A DNA stretch of 63,618 nucleotides, the filler included, from Collodictyon triciliatum (taxonomy: Eukaryota): assembly GCA_043381765.1 (NCBI GenBank). It is 12 parts of 12 records of this genome, joined end to end, with 100 filler letters (N's around TTAATTAATTAA, not from the genome) between each part and the next. Parts side by side here need not be neighbours in the genome. Positions count along the whole stretch, not along the records: positions 24,888 to 29,763 come from JBHJMP010005688.1; positions 29,864 to 34,739 come from JBHJMP010005689.1; positions 34,840 to 43,739 come from JBHJMP010005690.1; 9 more parts are not named here. One strand, written 5' to 3'. The translations under genes were made by a program, and so were the position numbers. Below the pieces are notes generated by a model, which ran no database searches, was not told where the DNA came from, and saw nothing but the letters and a program-made list of their open reading frames with translations. Every line of letters starts with the position of its first letter. The first letter of the stretch is position 1. This document shows positions 25,901-38,661 of the stretch, piece after piece.

Positions 25901-27074
25901 GAAATCGGACATTTTTGTGACGAAATATTGGGGATTACGTAGTCCTAAACATATCTTATGGGATAAATCTAATTCATCCAAAAAGCTATCTTGGCTCTAG
26001 TCAGGCAATCTAAAGTAAATTCTGTAGAGTAGAAAGTTAAATACAAATGATATCTGGAAGAAGCATTACCTAAACACGTCCAAGTATGGCTTTTTTAAGG
26101 AACCTAAACATTCTGATGTCCAAAGCTGGAGAATTGCGTACGAGGTATACATTACTTATTAATTAATTCATAAAAGTCTCTGTCCTTTTCTTTAGAAATG
26201 CAATACTGAATATCTATGTAAATTTTTGCATTCTGAAGCATAATATGATGTGCCTATTATGATAAGTTAGTGTTGCCTATTTCTAGACCAAGGAAGAAGC
26301 CAAAATCAAGCATTTTGAAATGAGGAAAAAGTCTAGAAGCACCAAAGTCAACACCGAGAGTGAGTTTGTACATCATTTTTTCAATAATCTTACAGACACT
26401 TCCTGATGATTTTTTTTCTCGACAACCTTGAAGTCAAATATTGATTCTAAAATCTCTATAATGCCCAACTACTGCTTTTGTAAAATACCAACTATAATAT
26501 TATCATTACGAATATGTGAATTTAAGTTTGTATCTATTGTGCTTGTGAATGGTTAACAATCATTCATTAGAACCAGGAGCAATTCTGTGCAACACAAGAT
26601 ACGTCGCGAAGTCACCCTTTTCTAATTTGCTACAAAACCCTAAACTGATTCATACAGGTTTACACTCTTGGATGCAGTTACCTTAAATTTTAAATTTTCA
26701 GAATTCGAAAATCCTTTTATTACTATGAGAAACTTATTTATCGATATTTTAGCCCAAGGAAAGAAGGCTCTATGCAGCGGATACAACAAATCGTGGGTGA
26801 TTTCTTGCGCTCACTCACTATCTATATTCCTAATTATCAATCGATTTTTAATAGATATATTTAGATACACTCACCTGCTGTAGTATGCGACTTTACGTAC
26901 CAATTCCACCATTATGCATGAACTGAGGTGTTAAAATCTAACGAATATATGATGATACCACTAGGAGAATAACATATATTGAAGTATTAGAGATTCCGGA
27001 ATCAAAGCGGTCACGAACTGAAGGCAACGCAGGAATTCCGCTTATGTCCAATCGCTCCCTTGAAAAAAAAATAG
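25412..27074 (+). CDS. Elongin A-like protein (RNA polymerase II SIII subunit A domain), multi-exon; 3' end approximate
   Basis: Spliced translation VPTLRKLALRMIVRYIH / ALSEVGDIPDVILDEILPWCSVDDLKRIEDTNP / TNDIWKKHY...SWRIAYE; BC-box plus Elongin-A motif; not captured by the ORF track. Confidence 0.8.
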
Positions 27075-27993
27075 GAATCAAGAAATCAATTTTCTACGAC
27101 GCATATACGTATACTAAGTAACAAGTACCCTGCCATCCCGTCGTCTGAACGCAGAAGAAAAAAAAAACCCGAGTTTTTTGGTGTGATGAAAATAAAATGG
27201 CAAAAAAATATAATTTCTTGGATTTTATCGCTATTCGAGGCTAGAAATTAAGTTATTGTTTTTTTTGTTTGTTTGTTTGATTGATTATTCATTATTATTT
27301 TTTTTTTTAAAAAAAAAAGGAATAACACTTACACCTATTTGCATTAAGAAAATTGAGAAGAATCAAAATTGAGAAGAAAAAAACCAGTTGAGACTCGAAA
27401 AATGACTGGAAAGGGAAAAAATGACTGAACAGCTGAACAAAAAAAAGTTGCTTAGTGGGGTCTGAGTATTTATTGTGGGTTGCTGGCGCGCATATGTAAT
27501 GAAGAATTACGAATTACGCCGGGCGGTCAACCCTGGCAAAGCGAGCAGAGATAACGCGCTGGTGGGAGAAAACGCAACAGATTCAAGCACACAACTCACC
27601 GAATATAAAGTATGGTATTTTAATCGTACGCCAGTTTTTTTTGGGGTATCGGTTTTTCTCCTGATTTAATGGGTTTTTTCTCCTGACTTGATGTCTTTTG
27701 CCTTTGCGGCATTTGCGGGTTGGCAAAGATTGCTGCGTCATGATCCTTCTCGGTCCTCTGGAGAGACGCTCCCTCTTTCACATAAGCTTCGAGCAGCACT
27801 TGTTTCAGAAAAAAAAAAGAATTCTTTCTTTTCTCCTATTCCTCTTTTCTTTTCTTTCGTTTCCTTTCTTTAATCTCTTGGGCTTACGATCAGAAAGTGA
27901 GCAGACACTTTCGATCAGATATTAATTTGAAACTCTAAGACCTAAAAGGTACTATCCATCAAAGCTTAGGTTTCGTGCTTCTTGGAAGAAAAA

Positions 27994-29544
27994 ATGGACG
28001 ACCAGCTTAGACTTGATAGTGCACAGTGGGTATTTTACATGATTCACAGTATAACGAGATATGCATATCTTATCCATTCGCCCGCGTTTCGGTTTTTCTT
28101 GTTTGTCTTCAATATCACTGAATATTCTGTAAGGTTTTTCTTCTCTTTTGTCTAACTGTGACACTGTTTTGTTTTGTTTTGTTTTGTTTTGTTTTGTTTT
28201 GTTTTGTTTTGTTTTGTTTTGTTTTGTTTTGTTTTGTTTTGTTTTGTTTTGTTTTGTTTCGTTTTGTTTCGTTTTGTTTCGTTTTGTTTCGTTTTGTTTC
28301 GTTTTGTTTTGTTTTGTTTTGTTTTGTTTCGCTAGGGCGGAGTATGAGGTTTCCTTTGCACCTTTCGACGTTGCAGCTTTGAGGTCAAGAGCTTTGAGCG
28401 GTAAACTTGTAAACTCGTGTATTCGGAGTATATACTGGAAGGTGCTCACATCCTACGAGTTCATTTCACTAATCATTTTATCCAAATCGAGTTTATTAAT
28501 ATGAAGATGACAGTACTTGTCATTTAGTCATGAAAAAAGTCTTTCTTTTTTTTCTCCTTTTAGAATGTAACTGGAGCGGAAAAGACTTGAAAGAATGACG
28601 GATAACGTGAGTTCGTTAGTCTAACTACTTTTAATGCTCAGGTACTATTAGGAACTCTCTCGGACCAATCGAACGAAATGTGGGGTGTGGAGATGGCGAG
28701 CGACAGAAAAATATACGAAGGGCTGAAAGACTCATACATCGGTCCGGTATCATTGGAGAACAAGCTTCGTGAAGTGGATAGTCAAGAAAAGGATGAAGAT
28801 GATGTAGATTTTTCTAAATTACAACCTAGGAACTATAGTCAAATAATATGGCAAGAACATACTTGCCTCAACTGAATGGCAGAAAAAATCGAAATAAAAT
28901 GATGAATACATCATCGCCCATCCATCTATAATCTTTTAAAATAATCTTCTTTTTTTTTCGGGAAATAGTTCCAGAAAATCCCGACATCTCCAGATATTGA
29001 GCTCATCAGAGAAATTCGACAAGATATCGAAAGAACGTAATTTTACCCATTATTTTTTCTTACATGATGGTTAAGATGATAAACTTGGAGAGAATGTTGT
29101 CATCCTGATTTATATACCCTACTTCTTATATAAGGTATCCGGATGAATTATTTTTTGAAGATGAAAGGACCAGAAACGTCATGTGGAACGTCCTTTTCAT
29201 TTACTCGAAAGAAAACCAAGATGTATCTTACAAACAAGGAATGCATGAGCTGCTCGCGGTTATCATATATTTACTTGATCGAGAAAAGCTGAAAAGGACA
29301 GAGTAAGATTACCAGAATTTTTTTAAAAAAAATGAATAAATATCTTTGAAATAAATATGGTACTTTTATAATAAAACGAATTAAAAATGTGCTTGAACCA
29401 CACAGAACCATAGTGTCGGAGCTGCTAGATGAGGCATTCCTGGAGCATGATGCATACATAATTTTCGAAAGGCTTATGAGGAATTGCAAGGATTGGTTTA
29501 TATTTTCATCGTCTTTTGGCGGGTCATCTGCTTCGATCTCATTC
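27994..29544 (+). CDS. TBC1D5: Rab-GAP TBC domain protein, TBC1D5-like (5' part)
   Basis: IRSIYWKVLLG, IRQDIERTYP (arginine finger), YKQGMHELLA (glutamine finger), LEHDAYIIFERLM. Confidence 0.85.
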
Positions 29545-30152
29545 GTAAGTGCCGGCACTGTGACCAATCTCATATGGTATTCAATCCATACAATTATTAT
29601 TTGCAAGGTTTTCTACTTTCATGGGTTTAAAACACTTTATTATATCTCTACCAACAAAGCCATTTCATAATACATACATACATACATACATACATACATA
29701 CATACATACATACATACATACATACATACATACATACATACATACATACATACATACATACATNNNNNNNNNNNNNNNNNNNNNNNNNNNNNNNNNNNNN
29801 NNNNNNNTTAATTAATTAANNNNNNNNNNNNNNNNNNNNNNNNNNNNNNNNNNNNNNNNNNNNTCATTCATTTTCATTCATTTTCATTCATTTTCATTCA
29901 TTTTCATTCATTTTCATTCATTTTCATTCATTTTCATTCATTTTCATTCATTTTCATTCATTTTCATTCATTTTCATTCATTTTCATTTATTTTTTCACA
30001 CTTTTATTCGTATTTATTTATTTTTACACACTTTTATTCACTTTTATTCGTTTTTATTCATTTTTATACATTATTATTCGTTTTTATTCACTTTCATTCA
30101 TTTTTACTCATTTTTACTCATTTTTACTCATTTTCTGACCATCCCTTTCAAG

Positions 30153-32330
30153 GTCGGGCTACTGGACATAGACATATGCGGTCCCAGTGCACCAAAGATT
30201 CTTGGAGTTCAGGGCAGTGAAATCCAGCAATGTGCCGAAGGGTTTGTGCGCAACCCCATGTGGTAGTGGTGAAAAAGTCGCATATATATGAAAGTGATAA
30301 TACTGACATAAAAACAGCGGCAAATACTAGATTGAGAAGTCAATACTTGACCATGTTTTGTGAATTTCCAATATCCCTTTTTCTTATTAAAAAAAAAAAG
30401 GAAATTAACCAATTAATCTGTATCTTCGACATATTTTCTTTTTTTCTTTCGCAGAAATGCGTGTAAAGAATGCTTAGTGAGATATATAAGCCGAGTTGTA
30501 TGTTGTGGTAGACGAGAAGCACAATATGATACAATCATTTGATTCATTACTTTTACTTGAAGATGGGTTCCGATTCCTGTTGGTTCTGAACGCCAGCTTC
30601 AAGTCATGTCCATCGGTTTTCTTCTTGGGAACCAGAATGAGGCTGTTATTTGGAGAGGTCCGAAGAAAACTGGTACGTCGACTGTATTGTTTTTTCTCAG
30701 ATATTAGTTTTTTCAGACGGGTGATGCGACTTCCGTTCGGCTGGGCTCTATTTCTGGCGCGCCATTTATATTACCAACATTTACTCATTTGAAACATCCT
30801 ATAACTGTCATCTCATTAATAACTGGCATCAAAAGCGATGATTAAGCAATTTTTGACGGATGTTTACTGGGGTGCATTGGATTACCTGATAATCGACACA
30901 CCACCTGGTTTGTTGCCTTGTCGCTCTTTTGGGTGCAAAATGATTTCTTTTCTTTTCTTTTCTTTTGATATTATATTTATCTAACTATATAGATAAATAT
31001 AATATCATCTTTTCTTTTCTTTTCTTTTCTTTTTTTGCGAAATTCTTTTGTAAACACACATTTTGAACAAATATTCATAAGAATATTATTATCTCATAAA
31101 CTTTCCCTTTGAAAGGCACTTCGGACGAGCATATCTCAATTATGGAGAATCTTCAAGCACATAACCCAACAGGAGCAATTATCGTGACAACCCCACAAGT
31201 GAGTCTAATCTACTTCTTGAAGAAATAAATGAAATCAACTATTTCCTCCTTTGTTCTTCTTGCAAAGCCAAAAGGACGCTATTTTCTCACAGTTTATGGA
31301 GAATTTTTTATAAAAAAAAAACAAGCAAATAAACTATTCTCTACTCCGACTGCTTTCATACTTTTGACATTTTTTTTATTTCCAGGCCGTTTCCATCGCT
31401 GACGTGCGAAAAGAAATCTCATTTTGTCGCAAAATCGGGCTCCCTATTCTCGGTGTAGTCGAAAACATGAGCGGCTTTGTCTGTCCTCATTGCTCAGTAT
31501 GCCTTTAACCACTCTTTCTCGTAAATATCTGATGTTTCTTTTTAACCATACTTGCTCATGCCGCCATACCTTGCTTTTCTATGGAATGCCGCTTATTTGT
31601 GGCACCGCTGTTTTCGATTTGCGTGCAATTCCCATACTTTTGAGCTATCCAGCAGCTTAGAGGGCATGATTTGGGACATTCATTGCGATTCTTGCTAGAA
31701 TTCTTATTGTTATTCCTTTGAAGGAGTGCACAAATATATTCTCGACGGGTGGTGGTCAGCAAATGGCGCAGGATTTGGGGATTTCGTTTCTCGGTCGCAT
31801 CCCGATTGATCCGTCGCTGGCTCTATGCGAAGAGGTTTCTTGGCCCTCTATACTTTTCGTTCATTCATTCGTTCATTCATTCGTTCATTCATTCGTTCAT
31901 TCATTCGTTCATTCATTCGTCCATTCATTCGTTCATTCATTCGTTCATTCGTTCATTCGTTCATTCGTTCATTCGTTCATTCGTTCATTCGTTCATTCGT
32001 TCATTCGTTCATTCGTTCATTCGTTCATTCGTTCATTCGTTCATTCGTTCATTCATTCATTCATTCGTTCATTCGTTCATTCGTTCATTCGTTCATTCGT
32101 TCATTCGTTCATTCGTGTTTGATTACGCTATCGTCATGTTTCCACACATTTTTGTTATTTTATTTTATGCAAAAAAATAATAACTGTCCTTTGTGCATTC
32201 CCACAACCAGCAAGGTCAGTTTTACATAGAACGATTTCCAGAGTCGCAAACGAGTTCATCGTTCAAGTCCATCATCGAAAATATGCACAAGCAAATCCAG
32301 CCTGATGAGGCGACAGCATCATCAGCTTAG
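30153..32330 (+). CDS. NUBP2: cytosolic Fe-S cluster assembly factor CFD1/NUBP2 (5' end missing)
   Basis: [61 protein letters not shown] (CFD1-type). Confidence 0.88.
31857..32114. repeat. (TTCA/TTCG)n intronic microsatellite
   Basis: Direct tandem repeat. Confidence 0.95.
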
Positions 32331-32455
32331 ATGACAGACTAAATGTGTTTGGTGCGGAATAAAGAAATACCAAAGGATAGAAGAAATGCTTCACATACTG
32401 TCTGTCATAGCTATGAAGGCACACAAATGAATCAAGAGTATTATTTCGTTTCTGT

Positions 32456-34557
32456 TTATTGTGCGTTGGAGAACCATTCCAGTGCCACGGGTGTGAAGTA
32501 GGTGATGATAATGGTGGCTCCGGCGCGGCGGAAGCTCTTGAAAGATTCCATCACTGATGCCTAGGGAGGATATTCACAAATACATAATGAAAATATGGTT
32601 TTTCCTTTTCCTTTTCCTTTCCCTTTTTTTTTTTTTTATCAATCGTCGAAATCTCTACCTTTAAGTCGAAAGAGCCTGCAGCAGCAGCGTGATAAAGCAT
32701 GGCATATTCACCTACACACCAGGAAATTCATGGCACTTAAGAATTCATATCTTTGTAAAGGGATTTAGTGATGAATCCTTCTTTCATGAAAATGATATTT
32801 GCTTGCCCACAAAATATTACATTCTCGCTATCTCATATATCAGACGAATAAAACAGGTTTGCGTATATTTCTGGAGGATTGATACGTGCTTTCTCTCGTC
32901 ATCTTGCCGATACGCTAATCACAAACCTGACACTTGATAAACGGCAACAGGAAGACTCGTGCGTTCGGCAGCGTCGCGCACAAGGTCGAGATAGGGCAGT
33001 CCGGGCTTGACCATCACAATGTCCGCACCTTCTTGAACATCGCGCGTAAGCGCGCGCAGAGCTATTGATTTATAGGGGAATTAAAAGACGAGTGGTTTTT
33101 TTAAATCATGCGAGTCAGAAGCGTTTTGGTCTGATTCATTGCATATACCACATCAATTGTTTTATCAGACAACATAAGGCCTCAAAACTTCGCCTGAGTG
33201 TCTCTGTTTTTTTTTTTTTATCTTTATATTACACCCTTCATTTTCCTGCCAGCTTTTATTAGTTGATAAGGCAGTAATTTGCCGCGATACTTTGAAATAT
33301 GATGTAATCAAATCTACCAATTCCACGCGAACCGGGCGGCAGTTGATATGTTTTTCGGTCTCCAAAAGCGGGTGCACTCTTTGCACAATCATGTCACATC
33401 AAACATTAAAAATAGTCACAAATACATCAAATATGTTTTGAAAGAAAAAAACATTAAAGAATGGTCACTTTTGCTGCGTCTCTGAACGGACCGTAGAAGC
33501 ATGAGGCAAACTTGATTGCGTAGCTCATGACAGATATGTGAGCCATATTATTTGCCAACAGCCGGGATTTGATGGCGCTTTTGTTGTGGAGCGGAATTTT
33601 TTTTTAAAAAAGAAAGAAGAAAAAAAAAAGAAAACATGTCATTTGTAATGAGCAAGAAACTATAGCTGATTCATTTGACTGATTGACAACCTTATTTTAA
33701 AATAGAAAGGTTGTGTTTAATAAAAAAAAAAATATGATGATTTAGGTTTGATTGTGTCATGCAATCAAAAAGCAGGGGGAAATGCAAAAGGAATCATAAT
33801 ACCCAATCCTGCCATCCATCATGTCAGAGGGTGCAACCACCTAATTGACGCACAACTATCACAGTCTATTCGATCTGAAATATCCTACTTTTTCATCTTT
33901 TTCTTTTCTTCTTTACCAATAATTTCTTGTTTAGATATCTTTTGTTGAAAAAAAAAACGTAAGACATACATGGGCGCCAGCTTTTGCGTAAGAGTGGGCA
34001 ACTTCGGCAAGTCGGTCGATGGATTTTTGGTTGTCAATCTGAGGAATAAAGCATAGCATTCCAATTATAAAAATGCAATCACCTTAAGTAAATCACATGA
34101 GATACATTTAATCATATATGCGAACATGAACTGAGTGTTTTGTTAAAAGGGGTTTATTAGCCGTTTGCAAATGTAATAGTTTACTTGGTTTGCTTCGTCA
34201 AAGATGCAACAGTGGCCATGGGCTGTATATGCACACAAGCAGACATCACAAATCACCTGCATATTTTCGGAATATATGTGATAGATTATAAAGGATTAAG
34301 AAGAAAAAGACAAAGAGGGAGCAAAATTCAAATCACTAGATTTTTTTTTTCAGCAAAATTAACATGCACAAATCAGCTTTTTTATACTATCAGAAGTAAA
34401 AATAATAGTAATAATTATATCTCAAACCAGTATAGTTGGATAAGTTTTGCGGATGTGAGCGATGCCAAGGCAAACTGGCCCGTCTGGGTCATCCGCAGCC
34501 GTGCCGCGTTCGTCTTTTGTAGTGTTTTGCGGAACACCAAAGAGTAAGACTGACTGT
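32456..34557 (-). CDS. ALAD: delta-aminolevulinic acid dehydratase (porphobilinogen synthase), Zn-binding type (5' end missing)
   Basis: [65 protein letters not shown]. Confidence 0.95.
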
Positions 34558-34657
34558 AGGAAAAATAAAAATAGATAATGGGATAAGAGTTTAGAAAAAA
34601 ATAATGAAAGATATAAAAAAATTTGAGTTCATTAAGGTCTTGTTTACGATAATTACT

Positions 34658-34739
<82 letters not shown>

Positions 34740-35047
34740 NNNNNNNNNNNNNNNNNNNNNNNNNNNNNNNNNNNNNNNNNNNNTTAATTAATTAANNNNN
34801 NNNNNNNNNNNNNNNNNNNNNNNNNNNNNNNNNNNNNNNTTTTCTTTTTCTTTTTCTTTTTCTTTTTCTTTTTCTTTTTCTTTTTCTTTTTCTTTTTCTT
34901 TTTCTTTTTCTTTTTCTTTTTCTTTTTCTTTTTCTTTTTTCTTTTTCTTCCTCTTTCCTTCTTTTTTTCTATCCATGTTCGTGCTTTTTGTTTTTGTCCA
35001 GATGAAGCTGGTAAGAAACTTATTTCGCATAGAAAGCTGCAGCACTA

Positions 35048-38000
35048 ATGGGCAATCGTCACTCTGTCCTAAACTTGGAGCCCGCTGGTCCACTGGGAGG
35101 TCAGCGAATTCCACAAGTAATTCAAATTGAAGAGAATGGAAAGTGAGTATACTGGAACCTTTGTTTCTCTCAACTAATTTCTCTTTCCCTTTCTGCTAAG
35201 TTTTCTTATTATTATCCTTATTATTTTGCCATCGTTCTTTTTACCGTTCTTTTTCTTAACTCTTATTCTTATTTTTTTTATACAAAAACTTCTGCATGCT
35301 ATGAAAGTCATAATTTTCTTTGGCTAGTCTCACATTTCTCTTGGGAATGGTTCTATATTCTCTTCACCTTTCATTCGGTTCCCTCAGCTTCTACATCCCA
35401 ACCAAAGGGAGCTTTGAAGCATTAGAAGTGATACTGAATATCTTAATATATTAAGAGATATTCAATATCGCGAAGATTTATCTTTAAATCACTGAGCTGA
35501 ATTTTTTTTTCCTTTATTCGATTCAAAGAAATCACTGAGCTGAATTAATTTTATCATAGTCCTGTCGAGTCATCAAGCCAACCTTCGCGGAGCAATGTAT
35601 TCCTTGTTTCTACATTTTACGTGATATGAATAGGCCGAGGCCTTTTTTTTCAATCTATTTTGACGATTTACATCTATTATCCTTAGAATTTCAATCCATC
35701 ATCTCAAAGCTGGGTGTTTGAAGGTGAATCTAGCACATACTCCGGACCTTTGCCTGATATCGCCATTCTCCCTCAAATGGAAGACAAGGAATCGAATTTT
35801 CAGAAGCTTAGACTTCCAAAGTATGTTGTTTTAGCTTTTCTATCACCAAATCGGTTTGTCAGATCTCCATTCCCTTTTTTTTTATTTTGCATCATATTTA
35901 TTTTAATTACCTTTTCTTACTAAAATATTTGGGGGAACCACTGCAGGGATGAAGCTCTTGTTGCTTGTTGGCCATGTGTCGTCATTCAATTCATTCCAAT
36001 CATTGGACGATTATTCATTAGTCAGCGCTATATTGCATATTATGTAGTAGTATTCGGTATTGAGCTTGTCCGTATCATACATATGGGAGAAATTAACAAC
36101 GTCGACTACGACGTATGAGATTGATTCATAATTTCATCTTTGATTTTTTTATATAACTTAGCAATCTCGAATAACAACACAACAGCTAAGGCTATTGTGA
36201 ATAATAAGAACGCTAATGTTGATAATAAAAATAAAAATAAAATCTCCAGTAACAATTAGATGTACATGTGCTGTGAGTGTATTTTTCTTTATTATTATTG
36301 ACATTACGTGATTGAGTAGGAGTCTCAGCAGAGACTGACAGTGACATGCGAAGGAGGTATTCCTTTGACTCTCCATATTCTTCCAAAAGATGGACGCGAG
36401 GCCGAAACTATGATTAAAGAATCCAAAAAGTGAAACTTTATCTCACAGTCTTGCATCCTATTAAGCTAAACCATTCCCATCTCATTATTTTCAGCAAAAT
36501 AAAAAAATCGCACAGTCAATATATAAAAGCACCTAATCAACCTCTTGCAATTAACAAGTGCTTGTCGTGGATTGGTATTTCCTGAAGGATTGTATGATGG
36601 ACACACTTCGTCTTCCCTCAGTGTCCAAGATATGTTGCATATGTTGAGAAACACGCAGGTGCGTTCTTTGACCAGGAATACTGTAGTGCTTGAGGAAGGA
36701 AAGAGCTACGATAATCTATATCAGGTTCAGTGTTCAACCTATTTTTCTTCATCCAATATTTAAGCTCTGAGCTAATACACAATATTTTGTTTGTAAAAAA
36801 AAAAAAAAGTAGGACTTACATATGTTTTTTCAAAATGAAACAGACTAATTTGAAACATTATAAGGGGGAAGGAGAGGAAATGATTGTGATAATCAATTTC
36901 AAGTCACAGACAATCATTCTTCAAAATGTTAGGTTCTTCAAGGGCGTTTGGAAGTCCACATTGGTGATCCCAGTGATCTGACTGTACTCCGCGTTATGCA
37001 AGAAGGTGATATGTTTGGTGAAATGTCTTTCCTGGATGGAGGCCTTGCAAGTGCGTCTGTCGTTGCTGTGGTATGATTTAGTCTATTTTAACTACAGCAC
37101 GATTTGTTATATTTAATTTACTTTGAGTTGGATGGTGTGTAACCTACTTATTGTATCCTTTTCAAGGATGATACTGCTCTCGTGTGTGTATTAGACGGTA
37201 AATACTTGATTGGGTTGGTACACTCCAGAAAAGAGTTTGGAGTTCGACTTTACAAGCATCTGTCATTGGTAATTATTAATCACATTGTTTGATAAATGTA
37301 GAGTCATCTTATTTTTCAAACTGACGCACTCTTTTACCCTAGCATCATATAGAATACATCAAAAACGAAGTAGATGGAAAAAATAATGAAAATTGATGTC
37401 ATCACTAAAAAATAAATATGGTCGAGCAGATTTTGGCTAAAAGAGTAAAGACACTTTCTCGTCTTGTACCATCTGTAAACGTGGGAAAAGAAGCAGGTCG
37501 GCGTAGTATGCGCCGGAGGTACTTGATTTTTAAATATAAAAGAAATACATATTCATTTAATACACTATTTATTATTGTATCTGTTTTATTATGACATTTT
37601 AATATGTGCTATACGAAAAAAAATTCGACACGGCTGCACAAAATGAGAACCTTTAGCAGTAATTTGATAAAAAAAAATAAATAAAATAGAATGAGTATTC
37701 ACGAGGCATCCGCAAAGGTCGGCTCATGAAGATAACAAACACTATTTTCATGAATCGAATAAAGGGGCAAAAAACACTATATTCAATAGCCTGTTATAAT
37801 TTGGCAGAAGTTGATAAACCTGAACAATAATTTAATACTTCTTTTTTTTTTATTTATTTCTTGGTGCAGAATATCCTATCAACTCCAAACTATTACTTCG
37901 TTTACTCAGAGGTTGGAAAATCCCCAAGTGACCCCTTCAAGCAGAACCAGGTAATGAATGAATCATTACTATAACCGGTAGAAGTCACGATTTCTTTTTT

Positions 38001-38612
38001 ATATGGAAAAAAAGCAATAATATGTAATTTAGACATTTCATTAAATAATAAACACCCTGAATGCAAGCATAGCTTTTGGCTTCAAGATCACTTTTGTTGA
38101 TTCTGACACGAAACTGATTGCAGGATAACTATTGCGTGAACGAGTTGAATATTCGAGACCAAAAAGTACACTTTTTCGGTGTTTTCGACGGACATGGGGT
38201 TTCCGGTCATGACGTATCCAAGAAAGTTAAAGAAAAACTTGCCGACGAGATTTTTAAAGACCCGGAGGCGTTCTTGCGTGACCCCAAATCAGCCATTCAC
38301 AAGTAATTTCCTAATAATTTTCATTTCGTCATGATTGAGACAGAAACGCCCTTATTCTATCTCGATAAATCGCACCAATTACCGATAAGTTAGATTAGTG
38401 GTGGCTTAATAACGAGATGTTTTCCGGGACAGCCTACTTTATTCCTACTATCTATTAATACATCATTATTGCGTATATGGTGTTTTTAGAGGCTTTCTAT
38501 CAACAAATGGTATTGTTCTGCAGTCTGACTTTGATGGTGACATGAGTGGAACGACCGCAATCGTGGTGATTAAGGTTTTTGCTTCTTTTAAAATAATAAT
38601 CATAATTACATA

Positions 38613-38661
<49 letters not shown>

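Noticed and set aside
31857-32114. TTCA/TTCG array as a possible CRISPR or coding repeat
   Set aside because: No unique spacers; it is a simple repeat inside a NUBP2 intron
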